DNA of 64,000 bases from a bacterium (GTDB lineage: Bacteria > UBA8248): the NCBI GenBank assembly GCA_965202625.1, contig CBDBBI010000010.1, positions 608,001-672,000 of the forward strand. Reading direction: 5' to 3'. The notes under the pieces were generated by a model. The model saw nothing but the letters and a program-made list of their open reading frames with translations. It did no database searches and had not been told where the DNA came from. Positions 1-8,790 of the stretch are shown one piece after another. Each line of letters starts with the position of its first letter. The stretch's first letter is position 1. The position numbers and the translations under genes were made by a program.

Positions 1-609
1 AAGACGCTTTCTTGGTTCGTCGCGCATCACCGGGTCTTGTACGCGGGTCTGGCGGGTGTTGTCGTGCTAGCAGCCGTTTTCGTAGGATACCACATGTGGG
101 ATCAACGTGCTCGGGAAAAAGCGTCCTTGGCGTATGGCCTCGCCAAAATCGCATCTCCGGACGGCAAGGGCGAAGCGGTAGAGGCTGCGCTTCAAAAGGT
201 GGCCGCCGATTATCCTCGCTCACGTCCAGGGCTTTTAGCGCGCTTGCGTCTGGCGGCCTTGTTGCGCGAGAGAAAGGAGTATCAGGGTGCGCAGGCACAG
301 TATGAGCTCGTGGCCAAGAGCGGCACCTCAGAGAGCGATAAAGAACTGGCCAAGCGCGGAGCGGCGTCTGTCTTGATGCTACAGGGGGCCTGCGACGACG
401 CTGTATCGATCTGGAAGTCGATTCTCGAAAAAGGGAGTCTCTTCGCGCCTGACGATCTGTATTTGTCCATCGCCGCTTGCCAGGAGAAGCTCGGCAAACT
501 TGAGGAAGCCAGAAAAACTTATGAGGAATTAAGCAAAAAACATCCCGATAGTCCATTCCTGAATGAAGTATATTATCCGCCCAAGTCCCCTAAACATGAT
601 TCATCGTAA
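1..609 (+). CDS. YfgM-like tetratricopeptide-repeat membrane protein, 5'-truncated by the window; C-terminus probably altered by the adjacent insertion
   Basis: Frame open from base 1; N-terminal TM helix (LAGVVVLAAVFVGYHMW), 'VAADYPRSRPGLLARLRLA' and TPR-like helices ending 'KHPDSPF'. Confidence 0.8.
   Translation, partial: KTLSWFVAHHRVLYAGLAGVVVLAAVFVGYHMWDQRAREKASLAYGLAKIASPDGKGEAVEAALQKVAADYPRSRPGLLARLRLAALLRERKEYQGAQAQYELVAKSGTSESDKELAKRGAASVLMLQGACDDAVSIWKSILEKGSLFAPDDLYLSIAACQEKLGKLEEARKTYEELSKKHPDSPFLNEVYYPPKSPKHDSS
556..583. other. Degenerate dif-like/att site (left junction)
   Basis: TTCCTGAATGA-AGTATA-TTATCCGCCCA; the right arm read on the minus strand (TGGGCGGATAA) matches the E. 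coli XerC arm GGTGCGCATAA at 8/11. Confidence 0.45.
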
Positions 610-728
610 GGCTGAGTTGACGAGTAGCCTGAGCCTTCTTCGACGAGCCATGCCGCGAAGAAGAAGAACCCGGCGCCTCTAAGTTGACAATAGACTTCAT
701 AACGACGACGACCACGACCCATACGCAT
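573..728 (-). CDS. 51-aa small ORF with Arg-rich N-terminus (MRMGRGRRRYEVYCQLRGAGFFFFAAWLVEEGSGYSSTQPYDESCLGDLGG)
   Basis: Perfect AGGAGG (734-739) 5 nt before the ATG; CGT/GGT codons; stop TAA lies in the att arm; below the ORF-track size cutoff. Confidence 0.5.
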   Translation of the reverse strand: MRMGRGRRRYEVYCQLRGAGFFFFAAWLVEEGSGYSSTQPYDESCLGDLGG

Positions 729-749
729 ATCAACCTCCTGTCAGCCAGA

Positions 750-777
750 GAAAAGCCGAAGGTATGTTATGATCAAG
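750..777 (+). other. Internal dif-like site
   Basis: GAAAAGCCGAA-GGTATG-TTATGATCAAG; shares AAGGTATrTTATG (12/13) with the site at 1159-1186. Confidence 0.4.
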
Positions 778-779
778 AG

Positions 780-881
780 TCAACTACCAAAATACCAAGC
801 CAAGAAACCACCTAAAAAACCACACAAAATACCAAGAGAAACATAAAACAAACAAGAATCAAACCAATGACGACCACGCAT
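780..881 (-). CDS. 33-aa single-TM peptide (MRGRHWFDSCLFYVSLGILCGFLGGFLAWYFGS)
   Basis: Mostly T-ending codons; hydrophobic GxxxG helix; starts 1 nt after the upstream stop (TAG-T-ATG); a diverged paralogous copy lies at ~1066-1128. Confidence 0.55.
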   Translation of the reverse strand: MRGRHWFDSCLFYVSLGILCGFLGGFLAWYFGS

Positions 882-882
882 A

Positions 883-969
883 CTAAACTTCTTTCAGACT
901 TAGACGAGCCAGCATGACGAGAAGAAGTATGAGATGAAGCCAGACGCCCACGAGCGCCGGGACGCTCAT
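883..969 (-). CDS. 28-aa hydrophobic peptide (MSVPALVGVWLHLILLLVMLARLSLKEV)
   Basis: Translationally coupled to the 33-aa ORF; GAGGAG at 985-990 (long spacer); 5' end lies in a GAGCG/CGCTC hairpin. Confidence 0.35.
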   Translation of the reverse strand: MSVPALVGVWLHLILLLVMLARLSLKEV

Positions 970-988
970 GGTCAATCGAATACGCTCC

Positions 989-1128
989 TCACAGCCGAGT
1001 ACCTTTCAACTTGAAAACCTTAATCATTTTCTGGCCACGACGACAGACCCATACGCATATCGATGTCAATCAAAATACCACGTCAAAGTAGCGGCCAAGA
1101 AACCACCCAAAAAAGCAAGAGAAACATA
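989..1128 (-). pseudogene. Degenerate second copy of the module: truncated TM peptide (YVSLAFLGGFLAATLTWYFD*) and frameshifted basic peptide (MRMG/RRRGQKMIKVFKLKGTRL*)
   Basis: Blocks repeated from 716-898; 37-nt deletion between TATG microhomologies; +1 frameshift near 1045. Confidence 0.45.
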
Positions 1129-1158
1129 CTAAACTTCTTTCAGAGAAAGAAATTCAGT

Positions 1159-1186
1159 TTAGATGATAAGGTATATTATGTAAAAT
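1159..1186 (+). other. dif-like XerC/D site, probably the chromosomal dif
   Basis: TTAGATGATAA-GGTATA-TTATGTAAAAT versus E. coli GGTGCGCATAA-TGTATA-TTATGTTAAAT (XerD arm 10/11); KOPS-like octamers seen to the right mostly point toward it. Confidence 0.7.
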
Positions 1187-1191
1187 AGCAA
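1163..1191 (-). promoter_or_regulatory. sigma70-like promoter overlapping the dif site and reading into the insert
   Basis: TTGCTA-17 nt-TATCAT on the minus strand. Confidence 0.4.
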
Positions 1192-1209
1192 AAATTTACG
1201 GGTTTGTTG

Positions 1210-2217
1210 TCACGCCTCGCGCCGTGAGAGGTCCGGGTCGGCGTGACCTTCGACATCGATTTCAAACCCCGCGTTTCGAATCATTTGATGTGCTGCTTCA
1301 GGCTTCTGGCCAGGCGTGGTGAGATAGCCGTCCACGAAAATGGAATTAGCGGGGAAGAGCGCTAGAGGCTGCAATTCCCTCAGCTGCGCCTCCCTTCCCC
1401 CAGCGACCCGAATTTCGGAGCGGGGATTGTAAAAGCGCATCAGGCACAAAAGTTTGAGGCAGGTCGTCGGTCCAAGTAGAGGCGTTCCTTCGAGCGGCGT
1501 GCCACCAATGGGATTGAGAAAATTGACGGGGATGGATTCTGGGCCGAGCGCGCGTAGCACCCGGCAAACGGAAATCACGTCATCGACCCTCTCCCCTTGC
1601 CCGAAGATCACGCCGGAGCATAGCTCGAGATTCGCCCGACGCGCCGTGTTCAGGGTGTCCAGCCGATCGTTGTAGGTGTGCGTGCCGCAAATTTCTGAAT
1701 AATAGCGAGCACTCGTGTTGAGGTTGTGGTTGAGGCGGCTAACGCCTGCCTCGCTGAGTCTCTCGGCTTGCTGAGGGGCGAGCAGGCCGAGGGAGCAACA
1801 TATGGAGAGACTATGGCGCGATTTGATCTTGGAGACGGCGCGGCAGATTTTTTCAATTTCCTCATCTGCTGGCCCCCGCGCGCTGATGACGATGCAGTAG
1901 CGTCTCGAGCCCGCCGCCTCGGCTCGCGCTGCTCCCGCAAGGAGTTGAGCCTCATTCACCAAAGCATATCTCTCGATTTGAGCACCGGAAACGGCCGACT
2001 GCGAGCAATACGCGCAATCTTCTGGGCAAATGCCGCTCTTGGCGTTGATGAGGTAGTGAATCTGCACCTTTTTCCCAAAATGGGCGCGACGAACGGAAAA
2101 AGCGGCATCGAGAAGTTTAAGAATGTCGTCGTCCGGCGCATGAATAACGGAAAGCGCATCCTTCCGGCTGAGGTCTTCATCCGTAAGGCTGCGCCGCGCC
2201 AGCGCATGGTAATTCAA
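1210..2217 (-). CDS. bioB: Biotin synthase (radical SAM)
   Basis: CPEDCAYCSQS motif, YNHNL-like LNHNLNTS, SIPVNFLNPIGGTPL, GYLTTPG. Confidence 0.95.
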   Translation of the reverse strand: MNYHALARRSLTDEDLSRKDALSVIHAPDDDILKLLDAAFSVRRAHFGKKVQIHYLINAKSGICPEDCAYCSQSAVSGAQIERYALVNEAQLLAGAARAEAAGSRRYCIVISARGPADEEIEKICRAVSKIKSRHSLSICCSLGLLAPQQAERLSEAGVSRLNHNLNTSARYYSEICGTHTYNDRLDTLNTARRANLELCSGVIFGQGERVDDVISVCRVLRALGPESIPVNFLNPIGGTPLEGTPLLGPTTCLKLLCLMRFYNPRSEIRVAGGREAQLRELQPLALFPANSIFVDGYLTTPGQKPEAAHQMIRNAGFEIDVEGHADPDLSRREA

Positions 2218-2423
2218 GGCGTTTTCCCTCTCCTGGGCGTGGGCCTTGCACCATAGCGTGCACCCCGTTCTTTAGCAAATGAGGACATAGAACATCGTCG
2301 CAAAATCAAGGTTTCCCTTGTCTTGAACCCCTGCCTGCCCTTATTATGAATGCGAGTACGCAAAACTTAAAGTAACTTATAAACATATACCAACTCCAAC
2401 TTTTTAGATCAAAGAATTATGAT

Positions 2424-5318
2424 ATGAAACCTTATGGAAAACTTGAAGATGAATTGCGCAACGCCATTCAGGGTGATGTGCAATTTGACGTTTTCACCCG
2501 AAAAATATACAGCACAGACGCGAGCATGTACCAGATAGAACCCGTGGGCGTCGTCCTGCCCAAGACGAACGCTGACGTGCGAGAGGCGCTCAAAATCGCC
2601 AAGCACCACCGCGCTGCCATCTTGCCCCGGGGGGGCGGCACCAGCCTTGCTGGCCAGACGGTGGGCGAGGCATTGATTCTCGATTTCTCCAAATATATGA
2701 ACCGGGCACTTGAACTCAACGCCGAGGAGGGATGGGCGCGCGTCCAGCCGGGACTGGTGCAGGATCATTTCAACAATTACCTGAAGCCGCACGGCCTTGT
2801 TTTTGGCCCGAATACGTCCACAAGCAGCCGCGCCACCATCGGCGGCATGATGGGGAACAATTCCTCTGGTTCACGTTCCATCGTTTACGGGAAGACGGTG
2901 GACCACGTCATCGAGGTGGCCGGTTATTTCGCCGATGCTGAGCCTTTCTCCTTCGGTCCAAAGGATACGCGTTCTCTCGAATCTCTCATGAATGAGGATT
3001 CGCGTGTCGGCGCGCTTCATAAGGCGATTAAAGATATAGTGGACGCGCATCGAAGCGAGATTGAAGACCGATACCCTAGGATCATGCGCCGCGTGAGCGG
3101 ATACAACCTTGATGAACTCGCCAAGGAGACGCAGCTCTTTAACCTCGCTAAGCTCATGGTGGGCGCCGAGGGCACGCTGGCCGTGACGACGGAAGCCAAA
3201 GTGCGCGTGTGTCCTCTTCCGAAGGCGCTCGGCGTTCTAGTCGTTCACTTCCAAAACATTGAGGAAGCCCTCGCCGCGAGCACGACGATTCTCGCCCACG
3301 ACGTGGCGGCGATAGAGCTCATCGACAGGGTGATCATCGATCTCGCGAAAAAAAATCTCGAAGCCCAGCGCCTCATGCGCAGCTTTGTTGTGGGTGATCC
3401 GGATTGTTTTCTGACTATAGAGTTTTTCGCCGAGAACGACGTTGAAGCGAGGGAAAAGGTCAGACGCCTTCAAGATGAACTGGAGGTGAAAAACGTCGGC
3501 TACGCGCGTGTTCCTCTGGATAACCCCGCACATCAGCAAGATTGCCTGAACATGCGAAAGGCGGGACTAGGCTTTCTCCTCGGACGGCGTGGCGACTGGA
3601 AGCCCTACGCCTTCGTGGAGGATTGTGCGGTGGCACCCGAGCGTCTTTTGTCCTATTACCAGCGCTTCGAGGCTATCCTGAAAAAGTATGGCACGGCTAC
3701 CTCCTACTACGGGCATACGAGCGTGGGCTTGCTTCACCTACGCCCGCTCATCAACATTAAAAACGACGTGGAGGTCAAAAAAATGGCATCCATCGCCGAG
3801 GAGGTTTCCGAGCTTGTGCTCGAATACGACGGGGCCATGAGCGGGGAACACGGGGACGGGCTGGCAAGAAGCCAGTGGGTGCCCAAATTCTTTGGCGAGA
3901 AGCTCTATGACGCATTCTTAGAGGTGAAACGGCTCTTTGACCCGGAGAACCGTATGAACCCGGGAAAAATCGTGAACGCGCTCCCCTTCACCCAGAATCT
4001 GCGCTTTGACGGCTCTTACCAAACCCCTGAGATACCGACCATCATGGATTTTTCGGGCGACGGCGGATTTGCGCGTGCGGTGGAGCTTTGCAACGGGGTG
4101 GGGGCCTGCCGAAAGCGAGACGGCACGATGTGTCCCTCCTATCAGGCGACGCTAGAGGAGGAGCACTCAACGCGCGGGCGGGCGAACGCGCTTCGGGAAG
4201 TCATCGCGAACGGAATCCCCGGAGAGGATTTGGGCAGCGAGCGCCTTTATGAGGTGCTGGACCTTTGCCTGTCCTGCAAGGGCTGCAAGGCGGAGTGCCC
4301 ATCGAGCGTGGACATGGCGAAAATCAAGGCAGAAGTGCTTCAGGCCCACTACGACAAGAATGGGACCCCACTCCGTGCGCGGTTGATGGGACGCATCGCG
4401 CGCGTCAATCGCCTGAGTGCCCCCGTGGCGCCTATCGTGAACTGGACGCTCGCCAACCGCTTCATGCGTTCCCTGCTCGACAGGTTCTTAGGCATAGACA
4501 AGCGCAGGATGCTCCCTCCCCTGGCGACACCCACATTTGAGGAATGGTTTCGAAGCCGCCCCACCGCTCGAAACGCGACCCGCAGAGGAGAGGTTTTGTT
4601 CTTGAACGATACCTTTACGAACTTTCATTACCCGGAGATCGGCAAAGCCGCGGTCAAGGTGCTGGAGGCGGCCGGCTTCGAGGTGGCGCTCGCCGAGACG
4701 GGCTGCTGTGGACGGCCCATGATATCGCACGGCCTTCTGCGCGAGGGCCAAAAGCTGGCGCAGGAGAACGTCGCCCGTCTCTCTCCTGCCATAGAAGCGG
4801 GTTTGCCAATCGTCGGCGTCGAGCCAAGCTGCCTGTTGACTTTTCGGGATGAATATCCAGATCTCGTGGCGGGCGACATGGCCAGGCGCCTGGCGAAAAA
4901 TTCCTGGATGCTCGAGGATTTTTTGCAGAACCTCCATCAAAGGGGCGCGCTCGCCCTGAAATTCAAGGCCCAGCAGCGAGATGAACCGATGAAAGCCTTG
5001 TTTCATGGGCATTGCCATCAAAAGGCTTTGGTCGGCATGGGGGCCTCCCTTGAAGCTCTGGAGATGATCCCCGGTTTGGAGGTGAGCCAGATTCCTTCCG
5101 GCTGTTGCGGCATGGCGGGCTCGTTCGGCTACGAGAAAGAACACTTCGATATCTCCCTCGCCATCGGCGAGACGAAGCTCTTCCCCGCCCTGAGAGAAAG
5201 CGAGGCGAACGCCACGGCGATTGCGAACGGCGTCTCCTGCCGACAGCAGATCGCCGCCGGCACGGGAAAAAAGGCGCTTCACCTCGCCGAAGTGCTGGCG
5301 AACGCACTGGATGAGTGA
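2424..5318 (+). CDS. FAD-binding and (Fe-S)-binding oxidoreductase (YdiJ / GlcD-GlcF fusion type)
   Basis: PRGGGTSLAGQ, SGEHGDG, CNGVGAC, CLSCKGCKAECP and CCG domains. Confidence 0.9.
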   Translation: MKPYGKLEDELRNAIQGDVQFDVFTRKIYSTDASMYQIEPVGVVLPKTNADVREALKIAKHHRAAILPRGGGTSLAGQTVGEALILDFSKYMNRALELNAEEGWARVQPGLVQDHFNNYLKPHGLVFGPNTSTSSRATIGGMMGNNSSGSRSIVYGKTVDHVIEVAGYFADAEPFSFGPKDTRSLESLMNEDSRVGALHKAIKDIVDAHRSEIEDRYPRIMRRVSGYNLDELAKETQLFNLAKLMVGAEGTLAVTTEAKVRVCPLPKALGVLVVHFQNIEEALAASTTILAHDVAAIELIDRVIIDLAKKNLEAQRLMRSFVVGDPDCFLTIEFFAENDVEAREKVRRLQDELEVKNVGYARVPLDNPAHQQDCLNMRKAGLGFLLGRRGDWKPYAFVEDCAVAPERLLSYYQRFEAILKKYGTATSYYGHTSVGLLHLRPLINIKNDVEVKKMASIAEEVSELVLEYDGAMSGEHGDGLARSQWVPKFFGEKLYDAFLEVKRLFDPENRMNPGKIVNALPFTQNLRFDGSYQTPEIPTIMDFSGDGGFARAVELCNGVGACRKRDGTMCPSYQATLEEEHSTRGRANALREVIANGIPGEDLGSERLYEVLDLCLSCKGCKAECPSSVDMAKIKAEVLQAHYDKNGTPLRARLMGRIARVNRLSAPVAPIVNWTLANRFMRSLLDRFLGIDKRRMLPPLATPTFEEWFRSRPTARNATRRGEVLFLNDTFTNFHYPEIGKAAVKVLEAAGFEVALAETGCCGRPMISHGLLREGQKLAQENVARLSPAIEAGLPIVGVEPSCLLTFRDEYPDLVAGDMARRLAKNSWMLEDFLQNLHQRGALALKFKAQQRDEPMKALFHGHCHQKALVGMGASLEALEMIPGLEVSQIPSGCCGMAGSFGYEKEHFDISLAIGETKLFPALRESEANATAIANGVSCRQQIAAGTGKKALHLAEVLANALDE

Positions 5319-5365
5319 TAAATAATCACCAAGAACTTGCCCTACCAGAACAGGAGACCGTCGTC

Positions 5366-7053
5366 ATGTCGCAAACAATCGAGGCTGAGCAACGAAGACT
5401 GGGGCAGATATTCAGCGATGCTTATGATTTTATTATACCTCCATATCAACGCCCTTACGCATGGGCAACGGAACAAACATCCGCTCTGCTTGATGACCTC
5501 CAGACAGCTTCCGAAGCTAAAGAGATAGAGGATATGCCACCCTATTTCCTGGGAAGTATTGTTATTATCAAGAAAAAAGAGAAAGCATTATCCGAAGTCA
5601 TTGATGGCCAACAACGTCTCACGACTCTCACAATCCTACTTTGTGTCCTGCGCGAGCTCATTGAAGACGATGGAGTGCGAGATGCTCTTGATGAGCGCGT
5701 GGTTGCAAAAGGAGACGCTCTTAGGAACGTTGAGGATAGGATGAGATTGCAGTTGCGAGACCGGGACGAGATGTTCTTCAGGGAAAAGATACAGTCCAAG
5801 GGGCATCTGAAAAATTCTTGTTTGAAAGCTCACAGAAGAAGTTGTCGGATAGCCAGAAAGGAATATGCGAAAACGCCCGCTATTTGTGGGATAAACTTAA
5901 GAAAATTTCGAATTCTGACCAATCAAGCCTTGAGAAGTTGGCAAGGTTTCTTGACCAGCGTTGCTATCTGGTTGTCGTTTCCTCCTCAGACATAGATTCC
6001 GCATATCGCATATTTTCCGTGATGAACGATCGGGGCCTCAATCTTTCTCCTACCGACATCCTCAAGGCCGAAATTATTGGCCTGTTACCTGAGAATAGGC
6101 GTTCCACCTACACAAAAAAATGGGATGACCTCGAGGAAGGATTGGGACGCGAGAATTTCAGAAATCTCTTTGCGCATATCCGGATGATCTATATGCAGAG
6201 CAAACAGCAACAAACCTTGGCTCAAGAATTTCGAGAAAGCATCCTAACTCAGACGGAAACGAAAGGCGGAAAATTTATTGACGATGTGCTTATACCGTCC
6301 TCAGAGTCATACCTCATAGTTTTAAACGGGATTGCTCAAGACACCAAAAATGCCGAGGAGGTCAACAAGTATCTTAGGTATCTTCGTCGTCTCGACAATT
6401 CCGATTGGGTCCCGCCCGCAATCGCTTTCTTCAAGCGTTATGAGAATAATTTTGATGCGATTCTTAAGTTTGCACGCGATCTTGAACGTTTGGCTTATGC
6501 GTTATTTATCCGAAGAGCTCGCATCAACGAACGTATCAGCCGCTATGTGGATGTCCTACGCTCGATTGAGAAGGGATACGATCTTTATGAAGAAGCGTCA
6601 CTCCAATTGCAAGATCAGGAAAAGTCTGAGGTTCTTGAAGCACTCGGCGGCCCCATCTATAAGACCCGTTTTTGCAAGCCGTTACTCCTCCGCCTGGATA
6701 GTTTATTGGCCGATGCAGGAGCCAGATATGATCACAAGATAATCAGCGTCGAACATGTCCTTCCGCAAGACCCAAGCCCAGGGTCGAAATGGTTGGAATT
6801 GTTCCCCTGTGAGGAGGAGAGGAAAAACTGGACACACAAGATAGCCAATCTTCTTCTCCTATCGCGGTCAACAAACACGAAAGCGCAAAACTACGAATTC
6901 GAGCGTAAAAAACGAGAGTATTTTGAAAAAAGGGTCGTCACTACCTTTGCTCTCACATCCCAGGTGTTAAACGAATCCGAGTGGACAGTGGATGTCCTGG
7001 AAAAACGCCAACGAGAACTCTTGGAAAAATTGAAAAAAGAATGGCGTCTCTAG
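5366..7053 (+). pseudogene. DUF262/DUF1524 GmrSD-type (type IV) restriction protein, split by one frameshift at ~5810-5814
   Basis: IPPYQRPYAW, VIDGQQRLTT, FSVMNDRGLNL, and HNH-like VEHVLPQ...IANLLLL...N; AGGAG before ATG 5366. Confidence 0.85.
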
Positions 7054-7114
7054 CTGAGGGACTCACCGAAAGAGTTTGGAAGATCCCCCCAGAGCACCAA
7101 TCATTTCTCCTATA

Positions 7115-8210
7115 CTAATCCGGATTCCGGATGACGGAGCGCAGCGTTTCGCCGCGCTCCATGGCCTCAAAGGCAGGCTCCACGTCCTCCAGCCCGATGA
7201 CTTTTGTGACCATGCGATCGAGGTCCAGCTCCCCCTTCTCATACCAGTCGGCGAGGAGCGGGAAATCCCTTGAAGGCAGGCAATCCCCATACCAGGACAC
7301 GCGCAGCGCACCGCCCAAGCCGAAGAACTGGAGCATGGGCAACTCCATCATCATGTCGGGAGCCGGCACACCGATGAGCGTGCAGGCACCGGATAAGTCG
7401 CGCGACCAGAGGGCTTGAAGAAGCGTCTGGGGCGTGCCCACGGCCTCAAAGGAATAATCGACGCCCCGCCCGCCGGTGAAGTCCTTTATCGCCTCTACCG
7501 GATCGGATTTCCGAGGCGTTGACGGTGGCGGTGGCACCGAACTCCCTTGCCCAGGCGAGTTTGTTCTCGGCGACGTCGACACCGATGATCTGAAACGCGC
7601 GCGACATCTTCGCCCCCATAATGACGCTGCATCCGACGCCGCCGCATCCATACACTGCCACGCTGCTTCCGCGTCTGACCTGGGCGGTGTAGAGTGATGC
7701 GCCCACGCCCGTCATCACCCCGCAGCCGATCAGACAGGCTTGCTCCGGCGTGCAGACGGTGGGCACCTTGATTGCCTGCTTCGCCGAGACGAGGGTGTGC
7801 GTGCAGAACGTGCCGATGCCGATGGAGGGGTTTAAGGCTTGTCCGTCTTTCTTCGCCCGCATCCTGGAGACCGCATTCAGACTCGCGGCACAAAGGTGAG
7901 GCTGACCGATGGCGCAGAACCGGCAAACGCCACAGGGTGCGCGCCAGGCGAGAACGACGTAATCCCCGACGCCCAGGTCGGACACGCCCTCCCCCACCTC
8001 CTGAATGACGCCCGCCCCCTCATGACCGAGGAGGTAAGGAAACTCATCCCCGATCTTTCCGAGCTTATAATGTAAGTCCGTGTGGCAGACGCCGCTTGCC
8101 TGGATTTTCACGAGAACCTCACCGGCCCCCGGGGAATCCAGTTCGATCTCCTCCACTTCCGTGCGCTCGCCAGCCTTCCTTGAAATCACGCCGTGGCCGA
8201 TGATGCTCAT
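7115..8210 (-). pseudogene. Zn-dependent alcohol dehydrogenase, S-(hydroxymethyl)mycothiol dehydrogenase (MscR)-like, frameshifted at ~7508
   Basis: GVCHTD, GHEGAG, CGVCRFC, GCGVMTGVG in one frame; DPVEAIKDFTGGRGVD and SWYGDCLPSRDFP in another. Confidence 0.85.
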
Positions 8211-8313
8211 GCGCTCCCTCCTGGTTCGCGTATTGTCCATGCACCCGCTACAATAAAATTTTTCTTAATGGGGTTATTCTCTCCTAGAAGGGGGGCTCAC
8301 ACAAGGAGGCGAT

Positions 8314-8790
8314 ATGACCGAGGAGTGGTATCCGCGTTTCTCGAAAGAAGGAGATAAGCTGGCGAGAGTTCTGACAAAAGCGGAAGGTCTCGACGCCTTT
8401 TTGTTCTTCAGACTTGGGGGACAAACTGCAACGCCCAAGCGAACATCTATTGGCTCTTCTGCTACAGGGATTTCAACCACTGCTCCCTCATTTTCCGAAA
8501 GAAGGTTCCCCTTCCCTATTCACGGGCCTTTACAACCATCTACACAACGCGCAGGTGTAATGCATCTTCGAGGACATGGGAAGCGATTCGGTTCGACGGA
8601 TGATACAGTCGCGCCTCATCGCCCCTCAGGGGATCTCATAATGAATGGGCACCGAGCGCGCGGAGCGATAGACGGAGGCCGACGCACGATATAACATCGC
8701 GCATGAATCGGGAGTGCATCCCGCAATCGAGAGCTCCGAGGACGCGGACACCCTCGCCGCCATCACGCTCGACGACCTGCTTGAGCGACT
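8314..8790 (+). pseudogene. Degraded gene remnant, possibly the N-terminus of an M24 peptidase
   Basis: Strong AAGGAGG then MTEEWYPRFSKE...EGLDAFLF, after which coding plausibility is lost. Confidence 0.25.

Larger units (their letters stand above)
568..1179 (-). mobile_element. Putative XerC/D (dif)-integrated mini-element or ssDNA-phage-derived remnant, ~603 bp
   Basis: GTATATTAT direct repeat at 568-576 and 1171-1179; strong A/C (plus) versus G/T (minus) skew unlike the flanks; internal tandem duplication; tiny minus-strand ORFs. Confidence 0.6.

Noticed and set aside
780-1145. DGR template/variable repeat pair
   Set aside because: Differences are mostly indels rather than adenine-specific substitutions, and no reverse transcriptase is in the window
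640-1152. CRISPR array interpretation of the repeats in the insert
   Set aside because: Each block occurs only twice, spacing is irregular (~245-330 bp), there is no constant repeat-spacer period and no cas genes are present
4488-5282. Long antisense ORFs (also 17794-18618, 42074-42739, 43835-44587)
   Set aside because: Shadow frames of well-supported genes in GC-rich sequence, with no recognisable motifs
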